Shown here: piece after piece, positions 28,035 through 39,019 of the stretch
Position numbering within the stretch: the stretch's first letter is position 1
How the letters are laid out: the number at the start of each line of letters is the position of its first letter
Source: Candidatus Coprenecus avistercoris
GTDB taxonomy: Bacteria > Bacteroidota > Bacteroidia > Bacteroidales > UBA932
DNA length: 64,000 nucleotides
NCBI GenBank assembly: GCA_018712275.1
Contig: DVHI01000096.1
Coordinates: 107 to 64,106 of the forward strand
Reading direction: 5' to 3'
Notes under the pieces: model-generated
Told to the model about the DNA's origin: nothing
Database searches by the model: none
What the model saw: the letters and a program-made list of their open reading frames with translations, nothing else
Made by a program: the position numbers and the translations under genes

Positions 28035-28077
28035 AAAAAGGATCCGGCTGTTAATCGGCAACCGGATCCTTTTTTTA
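28035..28077. terminator. rho-independent terminator (bidirectional form)
   Basis: The sequence reads AAAAAGGATCCGG...CCGGATCCTTTTTTT. Confidence 0.7.
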
Positions 28078-28090
28078 AAAAAAATATTTT

Positions 28091-28098
28091 TATATTTG
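28091..28098 (+). promoter_or_regulatory. -7 box TATATTTG upstream of the TPP riboswitch
   Basis: It is an exact TAnnTTTG match a few nt before the riboswitch begins. Confidence 0.35.
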
Positions 28099-28104
28099 CG
28101 GAAG

Positions 28105-28200
28105 GAAAAGAGGGGTGCCTCCCGCTGAAGCGGCCGGAGGCTGAGATTACACCCGTCGAACCTGATACGGTCAGTACCGTCGTAGGGACTTTTCGAAGAC
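28105..28200 (+). promoter_or_regulatory. TPP (THI-box) riboswitch
   Basis: It has GGGGTGC...GGCTGAGA..ACCC, then GAACCTGATACGG..AGTACCGTCGTAGGGA. The conserved CTGAGA lies at 28141-28146, ACCTGAT at 28160-28166 and GTAGGGA at 28182-28188. It sits directly upstream of thiE-thiC-thi4. Confidence 0.85.
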
Positions 28201-28258
28201 ATTCGCTCCGCTGCCGGCATTTCCGCCGCATTCCTCATTTTCCGACAGACACCATACA

Positions 28259-28915
28259 TTGAGGAAAATGAACTTTCAAGTACAATTCATCACCCACTTT
28301 ACGGAGACCCTCTCCTACCTCGACTCCGTGCGCATCGCCCTCGAAGGCGGCTGCCGCTGGATACAGCTGCGCATGAAGGATGCCCCGGAGGATGAGGTCC
28401 GTGCCGCTGCCGGAAAGGCCCTGCCCCTGTGCAGGCAGTACGGGGCCGTCCTGATTCTCGATGACCGCGTGGAACTGGTACGTGAGTGCGGAGCTGACGG
28501 CGTCCATCTGGGACTGACCGACATGCCGGTGGCCGAAGCCAGGAGGATCTTACCCCGGGGACAATTCATCATCGGAGGCACCGCCAACACTCTGGAGGAC
28601 ATCCGCCTGCATGCCTCGGGCGGGGCGGACTACATCGGCTGCGGCCCGTTCCGCTTCACCACTACCAAGGACCCTGCCAGGCTGGCCCCGACCCTGGGAC
28701 TCGAAGGCTATAGGAGCCTCATGGACGGAATGCGCCGCGAGGGCCTGGCCCTACCGGTCGTGGGCATCGGAGGCGTGACTGCGGAGGACATGCCGGCCCT
28801 GGCGGAGGCAGGACTCAGCGGCATTGCCCTGAGCGGCAGCATACTGAGGGCGGAGGACCCGGTGGCGGAGATGCGGAGGGTGATGCAGATCGCCGCCTCC
28901 ATTGCATTGGAATGA
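28259..28915 (+). CDS. thiE: thiamine-phosphate synthase
   Basis: It is a TIM-barrel ThiE-family protein (IQLRMKD, GADGVHLG, GGV). It is the first gene after the TPP riboswitch. Confidence 0.85.
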   Translation: MRKMNFQVQFITHFTETLSYLDSVRIALEGGCRWIQLRMKDAPEDEVRAAAGKALPLCRQYGAVLILDDRVELVRECGADGVHLGLTDMPVAEARRILPRGQFIIGGTANTLEDIRLHASGGADYIGCGPFRFTTTKDPARLAPTLGLEGYRSLMDGMRREGLALPVVGIGGVTAEDMPALAEAGLSGIALSGSILRAEDPVAEMRRVMQIAASIALE

Positions 28916-28928
28916 AAATATATTTTAG

Positions 28929-30668
<1,740 letters not shown>

Positions 30669-30683
30669 AAACACATAACAACA

Positions 30684-31457
30684 ATGATTGAGACAAAAGT
30701 TTCCAGAGGTATCATCAGTACCTATTTCGACAAACTCCAGGACTGCCTTGAGCTGGATGCCGCCATCGTGGGCGGAGGTCCCTCGGGCATAGTAGCCGCC
30801 TATTATCTGGCCAAGGCCGGGCTCAAGGTGGCCCAGTTCGACCGCAAGCTGGCTCCCGGCGGAGGCATGTGGGGCGGTGCCATGATGTTCAACCAGATCG
30901 TAATCCAGGAGGAGGCCATGCACATCGTGCGCGACTTCGAGATCAACCATACCCCCTACGGGGACGGTCTCTACACCATGGACTCGGTTGAGAGCACCTC
31001 TTCCCTGCTCTATCACGCCGTACACGCCGGAGCCCGCATCTTCAACTGCTACTCGGTAGAGGACGTAATCTTCAAGGACGGCAAGGTCAGCGGAGTGGTG
31101 GTCAACTGGACTCCCGTACTCCGCGAGGGCCTGCACGTGGACCCGCTGAACATCCTGGCCAAGGTCGTAGTCGACGGTACCGGCCATGACAGCGAGATAG
31201 CCGCCACCGTCGCCCGTAAGAACGGCATCCGACTGGCCACCGAGACCGGCGGAGTCATCGGAGAGCGCTCCCTCGACGTAACTTCCGGAGAACAGGAAGT
31301 CGTAAACGGCACCAAGGAGATCTACCCCGGCCTCTACGTCTGCGGCATGGCCGCCTCCGCCGTCTCCGGCACACCCCGCATGGGACCTATCTTCGGCGGT
31401 ATGCTCCTCTCCGGCAAGAAAGTCGCCGATGAGATCATAGCCCGCCTTAAGAAGTAA
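30684..31457 (+). CDS. thi4: Thi4-family thiazole synthase (His-type, sulfide-dependent class)
   Basis: It has the dinucleotide motif AIVGGGPSG, plus GGGMWGG and GTGHD. HVDP stands where yeast THI4 has C(205)MDP. Confidence 0.9.
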   Translation: MIETKVSRGIISTYFDKLQDCLELDAAIVGGGPSGIVAAYYLAKAGLKVAQFDRKLAPGGGMWGGAMMFNQIVIQEEAMHIVRDFEINHTPYGDGLYTMDSVESTSSLLYHAVHAGARIFNCYSVEDVIFKDGKVSGVVVNWTPVLREGLHVDPLNILAKVVVDGTGHDSEIAATVARKNGIRLATETGGVIGERSLDVTSGEQEVVNGTKEIYPGLYVCGMAASAVSGTPRMGPIFGGMLLSGKKVADEIIARLKK

Positions 31458-31474
31458 CCTAGAGTTTTATACAG

Positions 31475-31518
31475 AAAAATCCCGGAACAGATTCAGTGTC
31501 TGCTCCGGGATTTATAGT
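31475..31518. terminator. hairpin terminator between thi4 and the convergent rpn gene
   Basis: The sequence reads AAAAATCCCGGAACAG-loop-CTGCTCCGGGATTT. The stem has one mismatch. Confidence 0.55.
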
Positions 31519-31528
31519 TACATCCACA

Positions 31529-32470
31529 CTACTGGAGAGCAGCCATTTCCTCCTGAGTGAGGCCCGTGACTCTGGCGATTATCTCGTCGGCGATACCTTC
31601 TGCTTTCATACCACGGGCATTCTTGATCCGCTCTTCCCTAATACCTTCTTTCTTACCTTCCTTCATGCCTTTCTCCAAGCCTTTCTCCATACCTTTCTCC
31701 AAGCCTTCTTTCATACCAGCCTCAAGTCCTTCTTTGTGGCCACGTCTGAAACCTTCTTTACGGGAACTGGATATCTGCATCTTGGCCGTACTGACCATAT
31801 CCCAGAAACGGTCATAGCCCAGAAGCTGTGCATCTGAGAATGCCGACACCTCCAACTGAGCCACCGCCTTGTTAATAACAGGATTACTTGTCAGTTCCTC
31901 AGACACGACACGCGTCCTGCTGTTGATCTCAGTCAGGTACCGCAGCCACAGAACCTGCATCTTCTTGTCCCCGTAATTCTTCGGCGTGAACTTGGGCAAC
32001 TCTATGAAGATGAAACGGAGCCCCTCTATCACCTCATTGGTTTCCGCAATCTCCACTATACGGTAATCGTGATAATAGTCCTCGCTGTCCGAGTATATAT
32101 CGTTCACCATGTTCAACGAGTATACCGGATGCAGAAGATCGTAGTCCTGTCCGCATTCCAGCTGACTCACGTACGCTTTCGACGCGTTGAACAGAACACG
32201 CTGCTTATACTCGGACGTCCACATCATCTGCATCTCCACTATGAACTGGCGGCCGCACGAATCCTTACAGCGCACATCCACGATACTGTCCTTTTTAAGA
32301 GGATTGAGCGGCACCAGCTCCGGATTCAGATATTCCACACTTTTGATCAACTCGTCCTCACTCTCGAACGGCAGCAGAGAATTCAGAAAACTTATCACCA
32401 AATCCTCATGTTCACCGAACACTTTCTTGAAAGTCATATCAGCTTTCGGATCCAAATATTTCATACACAT
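31529..32470 (-). CDS. Rpn-family recombination-promoting nuclease / putative transposase (PD-(D/E)XK)
   Basis: The N-terminus YLDPKADMTFKKVFGE and the core IVDVRCKD...FIVEMQ (D..E.Q/K nuclease motif) are present. The C-terminus has an EGxxKG repeat followed by a helix (ARVTGLTQEEMAALQ). Confidence 0.85.
   Translation of the reverse strand: MCMKYLDPKADMTFKKVFGEHEDLVISFLNSLLPFESEDELIKSVEYLNPELVPLNPLKKDSIVDVRCKDSCGRQFIVEMQMMWTSEYKQRVLFNASKAYVSQLECGQDYDLLHPVYSLNMVNDIYSDSEDYYHDYRIVEIAETNEVIEGLRFIFIELPKFTPKNYGDKKMQVLWLRYLTEINSRTRVVSEELTSNPVINKAVAQLEVSAFSDAQLLGYDRFWDMVSTAKMQISSSRKEGFRRGHKEGLEAGMKEGLEKGMEKGLEKGMKEGKKEGIREERIKNARGMKAEGIADEIIARVTGLTQEEMAALQ
31641..31738 (-). repeat. 12-nt periodic coding repeat inside rpn
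   Basis: The units gcctttctccaa / gcctttctccat / acctttctccaa / gccttctttcat recur in tandem. They encode (K/E)EG(L/M)E(K/A)G tetrapeptide repeats. Confidence 0.7.
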
Positions 32471-32543
32471 ATCTTTTTAAGTTTTCTGAGGCAAAGATAG
32501 CGATTTCATCTGCAAAAGGCGATATCGAAACGTTTATAATCGG

Positions 32544-33158
32544 TTATAAACGGCTAAAAACGGATAAGTTCCTGAAACGCGCTACTAAGGCCCCGACATC
32601 CGCATCACGCTTATACGGCTCCCATATATATCCCAGAACGGCAGCACCTCCGAAACCGGCATCCGCAACCCGGCGGATATTGTCCGGACAGACTCCTCCC
32701 AGAGCGAGAACCCGCTTCCAGTCTACCCCAGACCCCGCATCATCCCTTCTCCGCCGGATTTCCTCCAGCGGAAAACGCGCGACATAACCCTTCTTCGAGA
32801 TACTGTCGAAAATAGGACTGAGGAACATATAATCACATACCGGAGCACACTCAGCCAGTTCCCCGAAGGAATGGCAGGAACGGCTGACCATGCCCATGAA
32901 TTCCTGGGGAGGAAGCGGATTGCGGGCGTTCAGATGCACTCCGCCAACTCCATAACGGGCTGCCAGTTCATGGCAGTCGTGCAGAGAAATGCGCTGACGG
33001 TACCGCTCCGGGAGTTTCTCCAGCAGAGCCTCCACCTCAGCCGCATCCGCTCCCGGTTTACGCACATGCACCCTCCACGCCCCGGCCTCCAGCAGGGCGG
33101 TCACAGCCTGCGTCTCTCCCGGCAGAAACTCGGGATCAGTTATCACGACTGTCCTCAT
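32544..33158 (-). CDS. second thiamine-phosphate synthase family protein (ThiE/TenI-like)
   Basis: It is 204 aa long with a ThiE-like pattern (VHVRKP, GVGGVHLN, LSPIFDSISK, LGGV). It overlaps thiD by 4 nt. Confidence 0.75.
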   Translation of the reverse strand: MRTVVITDPEFLPGETQAVTALLEAGAWRVHVRKPGADAAEVEALLEKLPERYRQRISLHDCHELAARYGVGGVHLNARNPLPPQEFMGMVSRSCHSFGELAECAPVCDYMFLSPIFDSISKKGYVARFPLEEIRRRRDDAGSGVDWKRVLALGGVCPDNIRRVADAGFGGAAVLGYIWEPYKRDADVGALVARFRNLSVFSRL

Positions 33159-33979
33159 CTGTAAAAATGCCTGAGCGGACCGTGGCCGTGGCCGATCCTT
33201 AAGGGAGCCGCGGCCACGATAGCGTTGTGAACGTAGGCGACAGCTGTCTGAACGGCTTCACGAAGGGGATGACCGGCTCCGAGAAAGGCTGCTATGGAGG
33301 AAGAGAGGGTGCAGCCTGTGCCGTGCAGGTTGTTGGTGAGCACCCGCTCGGATGTGATGTGCACCAGTCCGTCCAGGTCACAGAGTACGTCCGTGGACTG
33401 GGAGACTATATCCGGAACGCTCTGCCCGGAGGCTGCCGGAAGGTCCCCGCCCTTGACCAGGAAGGCACAGCCGTAGCGGTCTCTCAGCAGTGCGGCAGCA
33501 CGGTCCATATCCTCTACGGACCGAATCCTGAAACCGGCCAGACGGGAGGCCTCGTCTATATTTGGCGTCACCAGGTGTGAACGGGGAAATATCCTGGAAC
33601 ACAGGGCATCCACCGCCTCGGGAAGAGTAAGTGAATCCTTGCTGGTAGAGACCATGACGGGATCGGTCACGACGTACAGCACAGGGTGGACCGCCAGCTG
33701 CGACGCTATGGCCTCCACTATCGGCACCGTGCCGGTCATACCTATCTTGACGGCATCCACAGCCAGATCGGACATCACAGCATCTATCTGGGCTGCGACC
33801 AGCTCTGGCCTAAGATACTCCACTTCCGAGACACCGGCGGTATTCTGCACCGTCACTGCCGTTATAGCCGCAGCCGCATAACCTCCGCAGGCCGATATAG
33901 CCTTGATATCCGCCTGTATACCGGCTCCTCCAGACGGATCTGACCCGGCAATCGACAATACTATCGGATAATCTTTCAT
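33155..33979 (-). CDS. thiD: hydroxymethylpyrimidine / phosphomethylpyrimidine kinase
   Basis: It carries the motifs VLSIAGSDPSGGAGIQADIK, VKIGM and GTGCTLSSSIAA. I place the start at the ATG at 33979 (MKDYPIV). Confidence 0.9.
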   Translation of the reverse strand: MKDYPIVLSIAGSDPSGGAGIQADIKAISACGGYAAAAITAVTVQNTAGVSEVEYLRPELVAAQIDAVMSDLAVDAVKIGMTGTVPIVEAIASQLAVHPVLYVVTDPVMVSTSKDSLTLPEAVDALCSRIFPRSHLVTPNIDEASRLAGFRIRSVEDMDRAAALLRDRYGCAFLVKGGDLPAASGQSVPDIVSQSTDVLCDLDGLVHITSERVLTNNLHGTGCTLSSSIAAFLGAGHPLREAVQTAVAYVHNAIVAAAPLRIGHGHGPLRHFYR

Positions 33980-33989
33980 GATATCACTC

Positions 33990-34025
33990 AAAATAAAAAA
34001 GGGGCGGACTTTCAATCCACCCCCG
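33990..34025 (-). terminator. glyA rho-independent terminator
   Basis: The minus strand reads GGGGGTGGA-TTGAAAG-TCCGCCCC followed by TTTTTTATTTT. Confidence 0.7.
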
Positions 34026-34061
34026 TTAATTCTATCTGCTTAAATTCATAAAATGTATCTT

Positions 34062-35342
34062 TTACCATACATTCAGAGGACGACCGGCAACGAGAGCATG
34101 AGCGGCATTCTTAACCTTCTCGATAACAGCCTCGTTCTCCACGTCTGAGAGAACCTCGTCAATAAGCTCGACGATAGCCTCCATATCCTTCTCTACCAGG
34201 CCTCTGGAAGTGATGGCGGGTGTACCTACGCGGATACCGGAAGTGGTGAACGGTGTACGGCTGTCGAAGGGAACCATGTTCTTGTTCACTGTGATGTCGG
34301 CACGCACGAGGGTCTTCTCTGCCACCTTACCTGTCAGATCAGGGAACTTGGTGCGGAGGTCGATCAGCATCAGGTGGTTGTCAGTACCGCCGGAAACGAT
34401 CTTGTAGCCTCTGTCGATGAATGCCTGAGCCATGGCTGCGGCATTCTTCTTGACCTGGATCTGGTACTCCTTGAACTCAGGCTGCAGGGCCTCGTAGAAA
34501 GCCACGGCCTTGGCACCGATGCAGTGCTCGAGGGGACCGCCCTGGATACCGGGGAAGACGGCGGAGTTGATCAGCTGGGACATCATCTTGATCTGTCCCT
34601 TAGGAGTCTTCAGGCCCCAAGGATTCTCGAAGTCCTTGCCGATGATGATGGCGCCGCCACGGGGACCGCGGAGAGTCTTGTGGGTGGTGGTGGTCACGAT
34701 GTGGGCATACTTCACAGGGTTATCCAGCAGACCTGCTGCGATAAGTCCTGCAGGGTGAGCCATGTCCACCATGAAGATAGCGCCCACCTCGTCTGCGATC
34801 TGACGCATCCTCTTCCAGTCCCACTCACGGGAATAAGCGGAAGCACCGCCGACGATCAGCTTGGGCTTGTGCTCGAGGGCTGCCTTCTCCATCTGGTCAT
34901 AGTCCACACGGCCGGTCTCCTCGTTGAGCTTGTAGGCAACGGGATGATAGTTGATACCGGACATGTTGACGGGCGAGCCGTGGGTAAGGTGTCCGCCGTG
35001 AGCCAGGTCGAGACCCATGAAGGTATCGCCGGGCTTCAGACATGCCATGAATACAGCCATGTTGGCCTGGGCTCCGGAGTGAGGCTGCACGTTGGCAAAC
35101 TCAGCACCGTAAAGTTCCTTCAGACGGTCGATTGCCAGCTGCTCCACCTGGTCCACAACCTCACATCCGCCGTAGTAGCGGGCTCCGGGATAACCCTCGG
35201 CATACTTGTTGGTCAGGCATGATCCGAGTGCTGCCAGGACATTGTTGGTGACAAAGTTCTCAGAAGCGATGAGCTCGATGCCGTGAAGCTGACGGCTCTC
35301 TTCCTTCTTGATAAGTTCAGATATTTGAAGATCCTGTTTCAT
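34062..35342 (-). CDS. glyA: serine hydroxymethyltransferase
   Basis: It carries the motifs [18 protein letters not shown] and the PLP site [14 protein letters not shown]. Confidence 0.95.
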   Translation of the reverse strand: MKQDLQISELIKKEESRQLHGIELIASENFVTNNVLAALGSCLTNKYAEGYPGARYYGGCEVVDQVEQLAIDRLKELYGAEFANVQPHSGAQANMAVFMACLKPGDTFMGLDLAHGGHLTHGSPVNMSGINYHPVAYKLNEETGRVDYDQMEKAALEHKPKLIVGGASAYSREWDWKRMRQIADEVGAIFMVDMAHPAGLIAAGLLDNPVKYAHIVTTTTHKTLRGPRGGAIIIGKDFENPWGLKTPKGQIKMMSQLINSAVFPGIQGGPLEHCIGAKAVAFYEALQPEFKEYQIQVKKNAAAMAQAFIDRGYKIVSGGTDNHLMLIDLRTKFPDLTGKVAEKTLVRADITVNKNMVPFDSRTPFTTSGIRVGTPAITSRGLVEKDMEAIVELIDEVLSDVENEAVIEKVKNAAHALVAGRPLNVW

Positions 35343-35411
35343 AATATTTTGTTAAAATTATTCAATTCAGTTTAACTTTGCGAATGTAAGCAAAATTTTA
35401 TCTTTTGGCAA

Positions 35412-35954
35412 ATGTTTAGGAAATTATTGAACAGCGAACTCGGACGTCCCGCCGTCGAGGAATACAAGGCCCTCTCCAAAAGCCCCATAACAGTGATTCT
35501 GGACAATGTCCGCAGCCGTCACAACATCGGCTCGGCCTTCCGTACCGGCGATGCTTTCCGCATCCGGGGCATAGTCCTCTGCGGCATCAGCTCCACCCCT
35601 CCCTCCCCCGAGATTCACAAGTCCGCCCTGGGAGCCGAATTTTCCGTGGACTGGACCTACCGGGAGGACACCGTAGAGGCGGTACGCGAACTGAAAGCCA
35701 AAGGATACACCGTCATAGGAGTGGAACAGACCGAGAACTCCGTATCCACCGACTGCTTCCTGCTGGGAGAAAGGAGACTCGACCCGGAGAAGCAGTATGC
35801 CGTGATCTTCGGAAACGAAGTGCACGGCATATCTCAGGAAGCGGTGGACTTGTGCGATTTCACACTGGAGATTCCCCAGTGGGGCACCAAGCACTCGCTC
35901 AATGTATCTGTGGCGATAGGTATAGTCCTGTACGTCCTGACTCCGAGGGACTAG
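35412..35954 (+). CDS. TrmH/SpoU-family RNA methyltransferase
   Basis: It carries the SpoU motifs NIGSAFRTGDAF, IFGNEVHGIS and LNVSVAIGIVLY. Confidence 0.85.
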   Translation: MFRKLLNSELGRPAVEEYKALSKSPITVILDNVRSRHNIGSAFRTGDAFRIRGIVLCGISSTPPSPEIHKSALGAEFSVDWTYREDTVEAVRELKAKGYTVIGVEQTENSVSTDCFLLGERRLDPEKQYAVIFGNEVHGISQEAVDLCDFTLEIPQWGTKHSLNVSVAIGIVLYVLTPRD

Positions 35955-36223
35955 GGATTCATCAGATCCACATTGACGAAGTGCAGGATGTCGTAGATCG
36001 ACTCTATGGCAGCTGCCGCCGGACCCTCCGGGTCGATCAGCTTGGCACGGTTGTAGGCATTGATGGCGTCTCCCCAAAGCTCATGCCTGCGGTAGATGCC
36101 GCCGAGCAGGAACCAGGCATGGGAATTATCCGGTTCCGAAGCCAGCAGCTTCTCCAGCTCCTCGCGGGCTTCGTCCAGATGTCCCGAGGCCACCAGTCTT
36201 TCTATCTCGATAACTGTCGACAT
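35951..36223 (-). CDS. small TPR-repeat protein
   Basis: It is 90 aa long with a TPR-like motif (AWFLLGGIYRRHELWGDAINAYNRAKLIDP). It lies 4 nt after rnfA. Confidence 0.65.
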   Translation of the reverse strand: MSTVIEIERLVASGHLDEAREELEKLLASEPDNSHAWFLLGGIYRRHELWGDAINAYNRAKLIDPEGPAAAAIESIYDILHFVNVDLMNP

Positions 36224-36227
36224 AGGC

Positions 36228-36827
36228 CTACACCAATCCGCTGAATCCCATAAACGCCATAGCCAGGATACCGGCTGTAATCAGGGCGATGGGAGTGCCC
36301 TTGAAAGCCTTGGGTACGCCTATCAGCTCCATCTGCTCGCGGATACCTGCGAAGAGCACCATTGCCACTCCGAATCCGAGGGCACTTGAGGCTGCATAGA
36401 CCACAGTCTCGCCGAGATTGAGCAGATGTGCCTCGCCTCCGAAGGTAAACTCCTTGGTCACCACGTTGATGGCCACACCGAGCACGGTACAGTTGGTGGT
36501 AATCAGGGGTAGGAAGATACCGAGGGCCTGATAAAGCGAAGGCGATATCTTCTTGAGGATAATCTCCACCATCTGCACCAGAGCCGCTATGACCAGGATG
36601 AAGACTATGGTCATCATGAACTCTATTCCGAGAGGCACCAGCACATAGTAGTGCAGCAGGTAGGTCACCAGAGTCGAGAGAGTGATCACGAAGACCACGG
36701 CGGCCGACATTCCGGTAGCCGTGCTTACCTTGTTGGAGACACCGAGGAAAGGACAGATACCGAGGAACTGCGACAGTACGATATTGTTGACGAATATCGC
36801 CGATATGATAATTATCAGATATTCCAT
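36228..36827 (-). CDS. rnfA: Rnf electron transport complex subunit A
   Basis: It is a polytopic membrane protein whose N-terminus [18 protein letters not shown] is typical of RnfA. Its operon position agrees. Confidence 0.9.
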   Translation of the reverse strand: MEYLIIIISAIFVNNIVLSQFLGICPFLGVSNKVSTATGMSAAVVFVITLSTLVTYLLHYYVLVPLGIEFMMTIVFILVIAALVQMVEIILKKISPSLYQALGIFLPLITTNCTVLGVAINVVTKEFTFGGEAHLLNLGETVVYAASSALGFGVAMVLFAGIREQMELIGVPKAFKGTPIALITAGILAMAFMGFSGLV

Positions 36828-36832
36828 AACGA

Positions 36833-37420
36833 TTAAGCCTTTTTGTTAATTAGTTTCCTGAATATCACCATGAGATATCCCAGCACCAGGAATCCGCCGG
36901 GAGCCAGGACGAACGCCAGCATGCCGTCACCCTCGCCGAGTTTCATACCGAAGAGGGAGAGGCTGCCCAGCAGCTCGCGGACCAGTCCGATGAAGGTAAG
37001 GGCCAGGGTAAATCCGAGTCCGATACCGATGCCGTCGAGAGCGGAGTCTCCCGGAGTGTTCTTGTTGGCGAAGGCCTCGGCACGGCCGAGGATTATGCAG
37101 TTCACCACGATAAGGGGTATGAACAGACCCAGAGCCGCATAGAGGTCGGGCACATAGGCCTGCATCAGCAGCTGGAGCACCGTCACGAAAGATGCTATGA
37201 TCACGATATAGGCAGGTATCCTGACCTTATCGGGAATCATCTTGGCGAACAGGGAAATGAATACATTGGAGAGAATCAGGACGAAAGTCGTGGCCAGTCC
37301 CATTCCCATACCGTTGATCGCGGAAGTGGTGGTGCCGATGGTAGGGCACATACCGAGCACGAGGACGAAGGTGGGGTTGTCCTTTATGATGCCGTTGGTT
37401 ATAATTCTCAGTTTACTCAT
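36833..37420 (-). CDS. rnfE: Rnf complex subunit E
   Basis: It carries [13 protein letters not shown], typical of RnfE. I chose the ATG at 37420 over the TTG at 37429. Confidence 0.9.
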   Translation of the reverse strand: MSKLRIITNGIIKDNPTFVLVLGMCPTIGTTTSAINGMGMGLATTFVLILSNVFISLFAKMIPDKVRIPAYIVIIASFVTVLQLLMQAYVPDLYAALGLFIPLIVVNCIILGRAEAFANKNTPGDSALDGIGIGLGFTLALTFIGLVRELLGSLSLFGMKLGEGDGMLAFVLAPGGFLVLGYLMVIFRKLINKKA

Positions 37421-37429
37421 ATTCCGCAA

Positions 37430-38002
37430 CTATTTAGAGTTTACTACTTTCTGAAATGCCCTCCATGCCCTGTCCACGGCATCGCAGTAGGCTCTGGAGG
37501 TGATGGTGGAGGCAGTGATGGCGTCCACCTCTCCTCCGTCCTTGGTCACTGCCAGGCGGAAGGACGCGGGGTTCTTGCCCACGAACTGGGAATAGAAGGA
37601 GGGCTCGGTCATCTTGGCGCCCAGACCGGGAGTCTCGGCGTGGGAAATGACTGAGGTACCGGTGATGTTGCCGTCCATGTCGAATCCGACCATGATGTTG
37701 ATCGTGCCGCTGAAGCCCTTCGACGTGAAGGACTCTATGGCGTATCCGACAGTCTCTCCGCCCTTCCTGGCGGGATAGACGGTAATCGCGTCGCCGTCCA
37801 GCTCGACTGAGAGGCTCTCGGCGGAGGGCTCGTTGTCGAACTCAGGCGTTACTAAGGCAATGGCGTTGTTGGTCTTCTTGACCACCTCCTGGTTGATCTT
37901 GTCGAGGGTCAGCACATACACGCCTCCGAGGAGGGCTGAGCAGGCCAGACACACCAGGAAGAGGCAGACAGCCATGCTGCGGAGTGTGGATTCTTTAGGC
38001 AT
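37430..38002 (-). CDS. rnfG: Rnf complex subunit G
   Basis: It has an N-terminal transmembrane helix and an FMN-binding domain with the flavinylation motif ITASTITSRA. Confidence 0.85.
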   Translation of the reverse strand: MPKESTLRSMAVCLFLVCLACSALLGGVYVLTLDKINQEVVKKTNNAIALVTPEFDNEPSAESLSVELDGDAITVYPARKGGETVGYAIESFTSKGFSGTINIMVGFDMDGNITGTSVISHAETPGLGAKMTEPSFYSQFVGKNPASFRLAVTKDGGEVDAITASTITSRAYCDAVDRAWRAFQKVVNSK

Positions 38003-38999
38003 GTTTTACCTCCTTCCCGAACCTTGCGGGCTTTATGTATTTGTTGAGCAGGGGAACTATAGAGTTCATAATCAGTATAGCGAAGGACACTCCTTCGGGA
38101 TAGGAACCGAAATAGCGGATGAGCACCGTGAGCACTCCGATACCGATACCGTAGATGATCATGCCCTTGGGCGCCATCGGTGAGGTCACATAGTCGGTGG
38201 CCATGAAGATGGAGCCGAGGAGGAGACCTCCGGTGAGGATGTTGAACAGAGGATCGGTGTACTGCTCAGGGTTGATCAGCCAGAAGATGCCGGACATCAC
38301 GGCCACAGTCAGAATGATGGTGACGGGAATATGGGGACGGATGACCTTGCGTACCAGCAGGTAGATGAATCCCAGAATCAGAGCCAGGGCCGAGGCCTCG
38401 CCGGCAGAGCCGCCTGCCCGGGCAAAGAGCATCTGACCGTACGAGAGGTCGGGATTGGCCGCCAGAATCTGGTCCACCGTCTGCCCCTGAGCCAGCCCTT
38501 CCTTAATCATGGCGAGAGGAGTCGCACCGGATACGGCATCCACTCCCGGACGGAAGATCGACTCAGGCACCGTCCAGTCCGTCATGATTACGGGGAAGGA
38601 GACCAGAAGGAAGACACGGCCCACCAGGGCGGGGTTGAAGATGTTGTGTCCCAGGCCTCCGAATGTCATCTTGGTAATGCCTATGGCCACCACACCGCCT
38701 ATCACGGCCACCCACCAGGGAGCCGAGGGAGGGAGGTTGAGCGCCAGAAGCACTCCGGTCACTACGGCAGACAGGTCACTGACCGTGGGCTGCCTGCGGA
38801 GCATGTATTTCTGAATCAGGTACTCCAGTCCCACGCAGACGAGCACTGACACCAGCAGGAGCTGGACGGCGCTCAGGCCGAAGAAATACACGGCCACCAG
38901 CATAGAGGGAGCCAGGGCTATGATCACGTCCAGCATGATCTTCCTGGTGCTCTCGCTGCCGTGCACGTGGGGTGCGGGAGAGACTATCAGCTTTCTCAT
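37995..38999 (-). CDS. rnfD: Rnf complex subunit D
   Basis: It is a polytopic protein with SPAPHVH at the N-terminus and SGATPL, typical of RnfD/NqrB. Confidence 0.9.
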   Translation of the reverse strand: MRKLIVSPAPHVHGSESTRKIMLDVIIALAPSMLVAVYFFGLSAVQLLLVSVLVCVGLEYLIQKYMLRRQPTVSDLSAVVTGVLLALNLPPSAPWWVAVIGGVVAIGITKMTFGGLGHNIFNPALVGRVFLLVSFPVIMTDWTVPESIFRPGVDAVSGATPLAMIKEGLAQGQTVDQILAANPDLSYGQMLFARAGGSAGEASALALILGFIYLLVRKVIRPHIPVTIILTVAVMSGIFWLINPEQYTDPLFNILTGGLLLGSIFMATDYVTSPMAPKGMIIYGIGIGVLTVLIRYFGSYPEGVSFAILIMNSIVPLLNKYIKPARFGKEVKHA

Positions 39000-39019
39000 A
39001 TATCTCAGTATTTAATCGG

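Noticed and set aside
31641-31738. A tandem 12-nt repeat as a non-coding satellite or phase-variation tract.
   Set aside because: It lies in frame within the Rpn gene and encodes the EG/KG-rich repeat typical of that family's C-terminal region. It is kept only as a coding repeat.
32531-32552. A perfect 9-bp palindrome, CGTTTATAA-TCGG-TTATAAACG, overlapping the thiE2 stop.
   Set aside because: It is AT-rich and short, with no convincing U-tract on the minus-strand transcript. It could be a weak terminator or an operator, but the evidence is too thin to call.
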